Positions 27,082-34,752 of a stretch of DNA of 36,808 bases are shown one piece after another. The notes below the pieces were generated by a model. It made no database searches. It was not told the DNA's origin and saw nothing but the letters and a program-made list of their open reading frames with translations. Each line of letters opens with the position of its first letter. Position 1 is the stretch's first letter. Position numbers and translations under genes: made by a program. The stretch is taken from contig JAZDNO010000011.1 in assembly GCA_043799545.1 (NCBI GenBank), forward strand, positions 1 to 36,808, in the 5' to 3' direction. Origin of the DNA: Methanobacteriota archaeon. Lineage in GTDB: Archaea > Thermoplasmatota > Thermoplasmata > SG8-5 > DAIRED01.

Positions 27082-29244
27082 ATGAAAATGGAAATTAAAA
27101 GAGCGGTGTTGGCGTGCGTGTTGTGCGCGGCGATGGTAGCTTCGGGGCTGTTCGTGGCGACCCCGGCGAAGGCGTTGGACACGAGCAACGTCTTGGTCGT
27201 GGACATACGCGGGGCGGTGAACCCGCCCGCCGGAATTAACTTCTTCGACGTGGCATGGACCTCCGACGGCAAGTACGCGCTTTTCGTTGGGACGGATGGA
27301 TTGAACGGCGTGGCCTGGTGGTACAACCCGACGAAGGTCAGCGATGCGGCGTGGACTCCGGCCGCGCTGAACGCCGGAAGCCCGGTCGCGACCCAGTTCA
27401 AGTCCGTGCTGTGGGACCCTGTGAATTCGATGTTCATCGTCGTAGGTGACGCGATATCCGGCCGCTGGTACCACGTCGCAGCGCCCGGCGAATTCCTCAT
27501 CGAATCCGCGCCGGATGCAGACCTACAGGCCGTAGGCCCATACATAGAGGACATGGTGTTCAATGGCGGGGTTATTTACGCGGCTGCGCGGATGGCCATT
27601 ATGGGATACATCTTCGCCTTCGACTGCGCGGGATGGGACTGGGCCCTCGTGAGCGGCTCGACGCTATCGAACGCCAACTGGTACGCATGCGAGTTTTACA
27701 GCAACAGGGTTTACTGCTGCGGCTCCGATGGTGGCACTAGCGGTCTTTACGCCTACTATGACCTGCCAGCCGGGCCATGGCACACCGCTGCGACGATAGG
27801 CTCGCTAATGTTCACAGACATGGCCCTCGACACGTTCGACTACGACCGGATGCTGCTGACAACCAAGGGACGCGTCGGGTTTCAATTCGGCGTGATGGAG
27901 GCGAGCGGCGCCGACCTCGACATGCTCGATGGCCTGGCAAATCTCCCCCTCGCATACGACCTCAACGCCATAACCGTAGACTCCGAAGGATTCGCCATTG
28001 CGGTGGGCCAGGACACGGGCTCGGGCAACGGCCTGGTCTACGACATCTGGTGGACCGGGTCCACGACATCGTATGTCAAGAGGAGCGCAGCAGCGCCCCC
28101 GTACAGCGGCCAGAACTTCAAGGGCGTCGCGATGCGCCCGACCGGCGTCCAGATGGCTTTAATTTCCGGCAGCTCCTTCAAGTATTCGTACACCTCGGTG
28201 CTCGCGCCGATACAGGTCGACACTGGCGTTCCCCACGTCGATTACCTTGACTTGTACCCGACGGGAACCGGCCTTGGCAGCAGCGTGCTGAACTCCCAGG
28301 TGGACGTCGATATCGGAGATTCGAGCACGATTTACACGCTCGAAATACGCATCTTCGACAACCTCGGCGTTGCGCGGATGACAAACCTCGAGGCTTGGCT
28401 CTGGTACGACGAGGGCAACACGGCCACGGACGTCGGCCCGCTGTTCAGCGTCCCCGGTTCCGAGAACAAGCGCATGCGCTTCAACATCACCTCCGGCAAC
28501 GTTGTCACGCAGGAGTACCCGGCGCCTGGCCCGGTCGAGGAGACATCGCTCATCTCCGGCAACTGGCAGGTAATGGATGCGACGAGCGCCATAGTCGTGC
28601 TCAATTTCTCGTCGCACCAGCAGGTTCGATGGGCGGCTAGCGCGGGAGGCTTCGTCGAGGGCCCGGGGACGCGTTACGGCGGAATGGTCTCCGAGGGCCA
28701 GTCCACAATCAACGCCCTGAACGCGGCCAACACGTGGGACATCAAGGTGAACGTCACGGACGACGCGCCGACGACGAACTACGCCTCCGCGTACGACGAG
28801 TTCGGCTTTTACAAATACACCTACCTCTCCACATCCGGGATACCGAACGGCGGGGCGGTCTACGGTTCGGGCGCTCCAGGAACTCCTAACGTCGTCATGA
28901 GCATCTCCGGCGAGAACGTCACGTTCGCGGCGAACTGCCCGTACACGCTCAACGCCCAACTGATGGGCAACCTAATCGGAGTCGCCTTCGCTGGGACAAT
29001 CAACGCGAACCAGATAAGCATCCAGGGCGGGGCGATAGGCGCGAGGACGGCATTCGCGCTCGGCGGCGGCACGCAGACCCTCATAGGCGCGGCGCAGCAA
29101 CCGCTCGACAGCTTGCGGACGACCACGACGAGCTCGTGGGACGGCAACTCCGCGACTTGGGAGCCGGTCCGCTGGTGGGTGAACATACCTGGGGTGGTGG
29201 AAGACCGCTACGTCAGCCAGGTGACGTGGAGCTTGACGAATTGA
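27082..29244 (+). CDS. Array P7: secreted propeller-head + shared-module protein (720 aa)
   Basis: GGAGG RBS; signal ending AKA|LDT; FFDVAWTSDGKYALFVG; VDTGVPHV; YDEFGFYKYTY; WWVNIPGVVEDRYVSQVTWSLTN. Confidence 0.9.
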   Translation: MKMEIKRAVLACVLCAAMVASGLFVATPAKALDTSNVLVVDIRGAVNPPAGINFFDVAWTSDGKYALFVGTDGLNGVAWWYNPTKVSDAAWTPAALNAGSPVATQFKSVLWDPVNSMFIVVGDAISGRWYHVAAPGEFLIESAPDADLQAVGPYIEDMVFNGGVIYAAARMAIMGYIFAFDCAGWDWALVSGSTLSNANWYACEFYSNRVYCCGSDGGTSGLYAYYDLPAGPWHTAATIGSLMFTDMALDTFDYDRMLLTTKGRVGFQFGVMEASGADLDMLDGLANLPLAYDLNAITVDSEGFAIAVGQDTGSGNGLVYDIWWTGSTTSYVKRSAAAPPYSGQNFKGVAMRPTGVQMALISGSSFKYSYTSVLAPIQVDTGVPHVDYLDLYPTGTGLGSSVLNSQVDVDIGDSSTIYTLEIRIFDNLGVARMTNLEAWLWYDEGNTATDVGPLFSVPGSENKRMRFNITSGNVVTQEYPAPGPVEETSLISGNWQVMDATSAIVVLNFSSHQQVRWAASAGGFVEGPGTRYGGMVSEGQSTINALNAANTWDIKVNVTDDAPTTNYASAYDEFGFYKYTYLSTSGIPNGGAVYGSGAPGTPNVVMSISGENVTFAANCPYTLNAQLMGNLIGVAFAGTINANQISIQGGAIGARTAFALGGGTQTLIGAAQQPLDSLRTTTTSSWDGNSATWEPVRWWVNIPGVVEDRYVSQVTWSLTN

Positions 29245-29249
29245 GGCAT

Positions 29250-31442
29250 ATGAAGACTGCGAAGTTGGTGGCATTGGCCGTCGCGGCGGCGATGGTAGCG
29301 GCGAGCCTGCTCGTCGCCACCCCGGCAAAGGCCGCGGACACCAACAACGACCTCTTCACGACGCTTCCCGGGGCGCCTGTTGGCGTGACCTTCTTCGATG
29401 TGGCTTGGAGCGACGACGGCAAGCTAGCTTTGTTCGTCGGTACGGACTGGGCGCACGGCAAGGCGTACTACTACCAGCCCGCAGGCGACATCTGGACGGA
29501 AGCGACGTTCGGAGGAGGCTTCCTGCCGTGCTACGTTTTGTACACGGTCACCTACTGCCCCAACTCATGGAACGGCCCGAAGTTCGCGGGCACAGGCCAG
29601 TGCGGCGGGCTCGGGTACCTCCTGTGGTTCGCTGGTCCAGGCCAGGACACGGATTATTCCAGCACGAGCTACCTTGCCAACTTCGAAGTCCACGACTTGG
29701 CCTACAATCCGGGCCTGGGCTCCATGGGCACGCTCTACCTATGCGCGAACGATGCGCCCGGCAACGAGGTCAAAATACTCGATATCGACCTGGCCAGCGG
29801 CGGGTTCAACGCCATAATGGACGAGGCGAAGACGTCGGCGACGCTGTACGGCGTCGAATTCGACCCCGCGACGAACGACGTATACGTCGTCGGCGTGCAG
29901 GGCTCCGGCGTGCTCTACGAGCAGTTCGATTACAGCATGGGCACAACGACGCCCCTCTCATTTCCATACGGCCAGGTCATCTCGGACATCGTTTTCGACT
30001 CGCACCACGCGCCTAACCGGATGATAATCACATTGCTGTACCAAGGGGTGGGCGACGTGACGAGCGTCTACGAGGCCAGGTTCTCGGTCTCGGGCTACAC
30101 TGCGGTGACGCCGATAGGCCAGTCTCCCGACTACACCTACTTCAACGCCATCGCGATGGACGGAGACGGGCGCGCCGTGCTCGTGGGGATGGACGACGAG
30201 ATAACCACCGAGGGCAGGATATACGACCTGTGGACGACCGGCTCCGGGACCACGCACCTCGCGAATAGGGTGGAGGGCTCCATAGCCTTGGAGGAGTACA
30301 GGGGCGTCGCCATCCGCCCGACGGGCGTGCAGATGGCGCTCGTCGCCGGTTCCGCTTTCAAATATTCCTACACCTCCGTCCTTGGGCCCATCCAGGTCGA
30401 TACGGGGGTGCCGCACTTCAACTACATCGACATCTACCCCTACGGCGACACGCTCGCAGAGAGCGTCATCAACAGCCAGGTCGACGTCGACATCGGCGAC
30501 TCGATGACGAACTACACCATCGAGGCCGAGGTGTACGACCCCCTAGGCGTGGCGAGGATGCAATTCCTCCAGGCGTACATCTGGCACGACGGCGGGGTGG
30601 AGAACCAGACTTTGCCGACCTGGGGGGGCGTCGGCTTCGACTCGCCCGGGTACGAGAACCTGAGGATGCACTTCGAAATCACGGCGGGCGGCGCCACGAC
30701 GCAGCATTTCCCAGGTGGCCCGGATGAGGAGACCACCCTCATGGGCGGCGGCTGGAGCCCAATCAACTCGACGAGCGCCAAGGTGTGGCTGAACTTCTCC
30801 GCGCACCAGCAGGTGAGGTGGGCGGCCGGGCCGTTCACGGAGCTTCCTGCGAACATGCGCTACGACCCCGACCTCGATGGGCCAGAGCCAGAGGAGCAGT
30901 CGACGATAAACGCCCTGAACGACGCGGGCACATGGAATATGAGGCTCTCCGTTTACGACGACGCCCCGACAACGAACTACGCCATGGCGTACGACGAGTT
31001 CGGGTTCTACAAGTACACGTACCTCTCCACGTCCGGCATACCGAACGGCGGGGCGGTCTACGGCTCCGGGGCGCCTGGAACGCCGGACGTCGTCATGAGC
31101 GTCTCCGGCCAGAACGTCACCTTTGCGGCGAACTGCCCGTACGGCTTGAACGCGCAGCTGATGGGGAACCTGGTCGGGGTCACGTACGCCGGGCTGATAA
31201 TGGGGAACCAGATAAGCATTAGCGGGGGGAACGTCGGCGCCAGGACCGCCTTTGGGGTGGGCGGCGGCACGGCGCAGCTCATCGGGCCCCTCCAAGCTCC
31301 GCTGGACAGCGAACGGACCACGACGACGAGCTCGTGGGACGGCAACTCCGCGACTTGGGAGCCGGTTCGCTGGTGGGTGAACATTCCTGGTGTGGTGGAA
31401 GACAGCTACGTCAGCCAGGTCACTTGGGCGATAATGAACTGA
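29250..31442 (+). CDS. Array P8: secreted propeller-head + shared-module protein (730 aa)
   Basis: Start placed at ATG 29250 (MKTAKLVALAVAAAMVAASLLVATPAKA|ADT), GAGG RBS upstream; same motif set; C-terminal 150 aa about 83% identical to P7 by hand count. Confidence 0.9.
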   Translation: MKTAKLVALAVAAAMVAASLLVATPAKAADTNNDLFTTLPGAPVGVTFFDVAWSDDGKLALFVGTDWAHGKAYYYQPAGDIWTEATFGGGFLPCYVLYTVTYCPNSWNGPKFAGTGQCGGLGYLLWFAGPGQDTDYSSTSYLANFEVHDLAYNPGLGSMGTLYLCANDAPGNEVKILDIDLASGGFNAIMDEAKTSATLYGVEFDPATNDVYVVGVQGSGVLYEQFDYSMGTTTPLSFPYGQVISDIVFDSHHAPNRMIITLLYQGVGDVTSVYEARFSVSGYTAVTPIGQSPDYTYFNAIAMDGDGRAVLVGMDDEITTEGRIYDLWTTGSGTTHLANRVEGSIALEEYRGVAIRPTGVQMALVAGSAFKYSYTSVLGPIQVDTGVPHFNYIDIYPYGDTLAESVINSQVDVDIGDSMTNYTIEAEVYDPLGVARMQFLQAYIWHDGGVENQTLPTWGGVGFDSPGYENLRMHFEITAGGATTQHFPGGPDEETTLMGGGWSPINSTSAKVWLNFSAHQQVRWAAGPFTELPANMRYDPDLDGPEPEEQSTINALNDAGTWNMRLSVYDDAPTTNYAMAYDEFGFYKYTYLSTSGIPNGGAVYGSGAPGTPDVVMSVSGQNVTFAANCPYGLNAQLMGNLVGVTYAGLIMGNQISISGGNVGARTAFGVGGGTAQLIGPLQAPLDSERTTTTSSWDGNSATWEPVRWWVNIPGVVEDSYVSQVTWAIMN

Positions 31443-31469
31443 TGAGTCGGGCTATGAAACCATCATCGA

Positions 31470-31793
31470 TTACAAATCGGCGAGTTTATTCTTTAACGTC
31501 GGTAAGTCTCTTTTGACCGTCTCCCAAACCGCGTCCAGGTCTACACCGAAGTAATCGTGAATGAGCTTGTCCCTCATACCAGACATCAGCCTCCACGGTA
31601 TATCAGGGTGCTTAGATTTCGTTTCCACCGAGACATTTTTTGCGGCTTCACCGATTATCTCCAGCTCCCGAATTACTGCCGATTGGATCAAACGGCTAGA
31701 CAAAAATCCTTCGTAATCGACTCCAGATATGTGGTCCTTGATTTTCGAGATTGAATCCATGATGTGCAGCAAATAAAAAGCATCGTCTTTCAT
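31470..31793 (-). CDS. hepT: HEPN/DUF86 (HepT-like) ribonuclease toxin
   Basis: 107 aa; AVIRELEIIGEA...IPWRLMSGMRDKLIHDYFGVD with an R-X4-H motif. Confidence 0.9.
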   Translation of the reverse strand: MKDDAFYLLHIMDSISKIKDHISGVDYEGFLSSRLIQSAVIRELEIIGEAAKNVSVETKSKHPDIPWRLMSGMRDKLIHDYFGVDLDAVWETVKRDLPTLKNKLADL

Positions 31794-32083
31794 GCCGGGT
31801 AAATCACCACGCGCTCTTTCATGACGCGCTCCCTGAGAAATGGGCTGAGGGACTTCTCGGTTACAAGGTCCACGTCCCTTCCGATGGATTCTGATAACTC
31901 CAGCTCGATTCCGACTAGGTCCAGGAGGCTCTTTCTGTCGCTGAACTCAACCATAAGGTCAATATCGCTGCCCTCATGCTCGTCCTCGCGCGCGTAGGAA
32001 CCGAACACGCTGACCCTGCTCGCCCCGCGTTTGGCAAGGAACTCGGCGATTCGGCCGAACAGAGCCTTCGATTTCCCATTCAT
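31790..32083 (-). CDS. mntA: Minimal nucleotidyltransferase (MNT) antitoxin
   Basis: 97 aa; FGSYAREDEHEGSDIDL (GS-X10-DxD), GRDVDLV; ATGA overlap with the HEPN gene. Confidence 0.9.
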   Translation of the reverse strand: MNGKSKALFGRIAEFLAKRGASRVSVFGSYAREDEHEGSDIDLMVEFSDRKSLLDLVGIELELSESIGRDVDLVTEKSLSPFLRERVMKERVVIYPA

Positions 32084-32171
32084 GAAGTGTCAATGTGGCT
32101 GATTCATATATATACTTTTGCGAATCGAAGCCTGATAAATTATATATACTCAGTTGCTCGTGGTTGGATAG

Positions 32172-33212
32172 ATGAAGGTCCTGACCGTCGTCGGCGCGCG
32201 CCCCCAGTTCATAAAGGCGTCCGTGGTCTCGCCAGCGCTCCGCAAGAGATGCACAGAGGTGCTCGTGCACACGGGGCAGCACTATGATTCGCGCATGTCC
32301 GAGATATTCTTCAAGGGGCTGGAGATTCCAGACCCGGACTACAACCTGGGATGCGGCTCCGGCTCACACGGGGCGCAGACAGGGAAGATTCTTTCTCGCC
32401 TCGAGAAGGTGGTGGTGTCCGAGAGGCCCGACTTCGTGCTGACCTACGGCGACACCAACTCAACGCTGGCGGGGGCGCTCTGCGCCGCGAAGCTGCACGT
32501 CCGGACCGGACACGTCGAGGCCGGGCTGCGCTCCTTCAACCGCACGATGCCGGAGGAGATCAACCGCATCACCGCCGACCACGTGTCCGACTTACTGTTC
32601 TGCCCCACGCCGCGCGCGGTGGCGCACCTGGCAGACGAGGGCGTGACCAAAGGAGTCCACCTTGTCGGGGACGTGATGTACGACTCCGCGCTGAAGTACG
32701 GGAAAGGGTTCGGAGCCCTGAAAAGGCTCGGCCTGAAGCCCAAGGGGTACCATCTGCTGACGGTGCACAGGCCCTCGAACGCGGACGTGCGCGAGAACCT
32801 TTCTTCGATACTTTCCTCGCTAGACGGCCGGGAGACGGTGTTTCCCGCGCACCCTAGGACCGTGAAGATGATGAGGCGGTTCAAATTGGCTGCGCCCAGC
32901 TCAGTGCGCATTATCGAGCCGCAGGGCTACGCGGAGATGCTGCAGCTCGTGCGCGGGGCTTCGATGGTGTTGACTGATTCCGGTGGCCTGCAGAAGGAGG
33001 CGTACTTCCTCGGCACGCCGTGTGTGACATTGCGCTCGGAGACCGAGTGGCTGGAGACGGTGGAGGCGGGCTGGAACGTTCTCGTGGGCGCTGACAAGCG
33101 GAAGATTTCTCGCGCGCTGGAGACGCTCAGGCCTACCGGCAAGCGCGGGCGCGAGTTCGGGGACGGGAAGGCGGCCGAGAAGATAGTGCGGCTGATATGC
33201 CGCCACGCTTAA
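32172..33212 (+). CDS. wecB: Second non-hydrolysing UDP-GlcNAc 2-epimerase family protein (WbpI-like)
   Basis: VVGARPQFIKASVVS, HTGQHYD, YGDTNSTLAGAL, HVEAGLRSFN, MPEEINR, TDSGGLQKEA. Confidence 0.93.
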   Translation: MKVLTVVGARPQFIKASVVSPALRKRCTEVLVHTGQHYDSRMSEIFFKGLEIPDPDYNLGCGSGSHGAQTGKILSRLEKVVVSERPDFVLTYGDTNSTLAGALCAAKLHVRTGHVEAGLRSFNRTMPEEINRITADHVSDLLFCPTPRAVAHLADEGVTKGVHLVGDVMYDSALKYGKGFGALKRLGLKPKGYHLLTVHRPSNADVRENLSSILSSLDGRETVFPAHPRTVKMMRRFKLAAPSSVRIIEPQGYAEMLQLVRGASMVLTDSGGLQKEAYFLGTPCVTLRSETEWLETVEAGWNVLVGADKRKISRALETLRPTGKRGREFGDGKAAEKIVRLICRHA

Positions 33213-33213
33213 A

Positions 33214-33354
33214 TCACCGAGCGGTCATTTTGTACTTCGCCCGTATGCGCTTCAGATCCTTTTCCTCGGCGCTCGGGTCCGCAGAATAACGTCTGCTGAG
33301 CCTGTCGCGGATGTCGCGCATCATTTTTACCGAGTCGAACTTCTTAGCCTTCAT
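33214..33354 (-). CDS. Small basic hypothetical protein (46 aa) downstream of hicA
   Basis: Below the ORF-track cutoff; translated by hand as MKAKKFDSVKMMRDIRDRLSRRYSADPSAEEKDLKRIRAKYKMTAR; GGGAG RBS about 7 nt upstream; fills the gap between hicA and the convergent epimerase exactly. Confidence 0.65.
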   Translation of the reverse strand: MKAKKFDSVKMMRDIRDRLSRRYSADPSAEEKDLKRIRAKYKMTAR

Positions 33355-33370
33355 TCAGCATCTCCCGCAA

Positions 33371-33601
33371 TCACTTCTGGAGCCTTAATATATCATCTAC
33401 TGTCAAACCCGCGTCCTTTATTATGTGCAGTAACAGTCCTGGCTTCAGTGTATCGTGCATTGGGACGGTCACCATCTGACGGGCGCCTGCCGACGTATCC
33501 TTCATGCGCACGTGGCTCCCGCGCTGCCTGATGACGATGTAACCTGTCTTGCTCAGAATCTTCACAAGTTCTTTACCAGATATTCGCGGCAACCTAGTCA
33601 T
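33371..33601 (-). CDS. hicA: HicA family toxin (mRNA interferase)
   Basis: 76 aa; LPRISGKELVKIL...RQRGSHVRM...VTVPMH...LKPGLL. Confidence 0.9.
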   Translation of the reverse strand: MTRLPRISGKELVKILSKTGYIVIRQRGSHVRMKDTSAGARQMVTVPMHDTLKPGLLLHIIKDAGLTVDDILRLQK

Positions 33602-33825
33602 ACCGTCACCATGACGGTGCCTACCAGGGAATGCGACGGATCGGGGATGACTTCGCCTTCCGCGACCATCTCGTCTATGCAGAGGAGGATGGCTTCCTTG
33701 ATGTTCTCCAGCGCCTCCTCGACGGTGTCCCCCTCACTGTAGCACCCTGGAAGCGACGGGCACACGACGACGTAACCGCCGGTGACGTCCGGCTCCAGCA
33801 GAACCTTGTAGTTGTAGGCTTTCAA
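33598..33825 (-). CDS. hicB: HicB family antitoxin, short form without a C-terminal DNA-binding domain
   Basis: 75 aa, TTG start; GGYVVVCPSLPGCYSEGDTVEEALENIKEAI; ATGA overlap with hicA. Confidence 0.9.
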   Translation of the reverse strand: MKAYNYKVLLEPDVTGGYVVVCPSLPGCYSEGDTVEEALENIKEAILLCIDEMVAEGEVIPDPSHSLVGTVMVTV

Positions 33826-33955
33826 TCGAATCGACCCTGTGTTATGCTAGCGTTTGGTCGCTTATTAAACTTGCGCCAAGGCGTACGCCGCGCTACGTTT
33901 ATATATATCCTAGCTCGTGGCACGAACGATGACTGCTACCCGGGGGCCGAGCTAG

Positions 33956-34750
33956 ATGACCAGGGACTTCACCCTGCAAACCTACGTTCGGCTCCTCGAG
34001 GCTACGAAGAAGTACTCCATCGTGACCGTGTCTGACTTTCTCTCTGGAAAGGCTGTCGAACCGTTCATAGTTCTTCGCCACGACGTGGACAAGTTTCCAG
34101 CTCGTGCCGCGCGGATGGCGAAGCTGGAGAACCGCCTCGGGGTTCATGCCACGTACTACTTCCGCTGGGACCCGAAATTGCTGCACGTCGACCGCGGCTA
34201 CCCGTCGGGGAAGGAGCCCGGCGGGTTTCCTGCCTCGTACGTCCTGGAGGCGAAGCTCTACGGGCACGAGGTCGGGTACCACTACGAGAACCTGTCTGAT
34301 TTCAAAGGGGATAAGGAGAAGGCGCTTCCCGATTTTGTTGAGAAGCTGGCGGCGCTGAGGAAGATAGCGCCGGTGACGACAGCCGCTATGCACGGGGCGC
34401 CGCGGTCTCGCGTGCGGAACGCGGACATGTTGCTCGGTGCGAACTTCAAGGCGCTGGGGCTGCTGGGGGAGCCGTACATTTCGAAAGAGTTCTCGGACCT
34501 CGTGTACGTCACGGACAGCGGGCGGCGCTGGAACTCCGGTGAGTCGTCCGTGCGCGACAGGCTCGGCAAGCCGGCGGAGGAAAGGGTAAAGAGCACGGAT
34601 GCGCTGATGGAGCTTGTGAAAGCTGTCAAGTACCCGCGCCTGATGGTGAGCGCGCACCCGCAGAGGTGGGGCGTCGGAAAGGTGGAGTGGATTGTTGAGC
34701 TTGTGGGCCAGAACGTGAAGAACGTGGGGAAGATGGTGTTGAGGGGGTAA
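33956..34750 (+). CDS. Polysaccharide deacetylase-like (NodB-type) protein
   Basis: LRHDVD, ATYYFR, GHEVGYHYE, AAMHG, YVTDSGRRW, AHPQRW motifs typical of CE4-like proteins in glycan clusters. Confidence 0.7.
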   Translation: MTRDFTLQTYVRLLEATKKYSIVTVSDFLSGKAVEPFIVLRHDVDKFPARAARMAKLENRLGVHATYYFRWDPKLLHVDRGYPSGKEPGGFPASYVLEAKLYGHEVGYHYENLSDFKGDKEKALPDFVEKLAALRKIAPVTTAAMHGAPRSRVRNADMLLGANFKALGLLGEPYISKEFSDLVYVTDSGRRWNSGESSVRDRLGKPAEERVKSTDALMELVKAVKYPRLMVSAHPQRWGVGKVEWIVELVGQNVKNVGKMVLRG

Positions 34751-34752
34751 AG

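Noticed and set aside
13167-31442. Array proteins as type IV pilins/archaellins (class III signal peptides)
   Set aside because: P7 has a KRAVL stretch, but most members show AxA signal-peptidase-I sites (AKA|AD), the pattern is not shared, the proteins are far larger than pilins, and there is no ATPase/TadC or prepilin peptidase nearby.
13167-31442. Invertible (shufflon-type) cassette system
   Set aside because: All members are on one strand with their own signal peptides, I found no flanking inverted repeats, and there is no recombinase gene.
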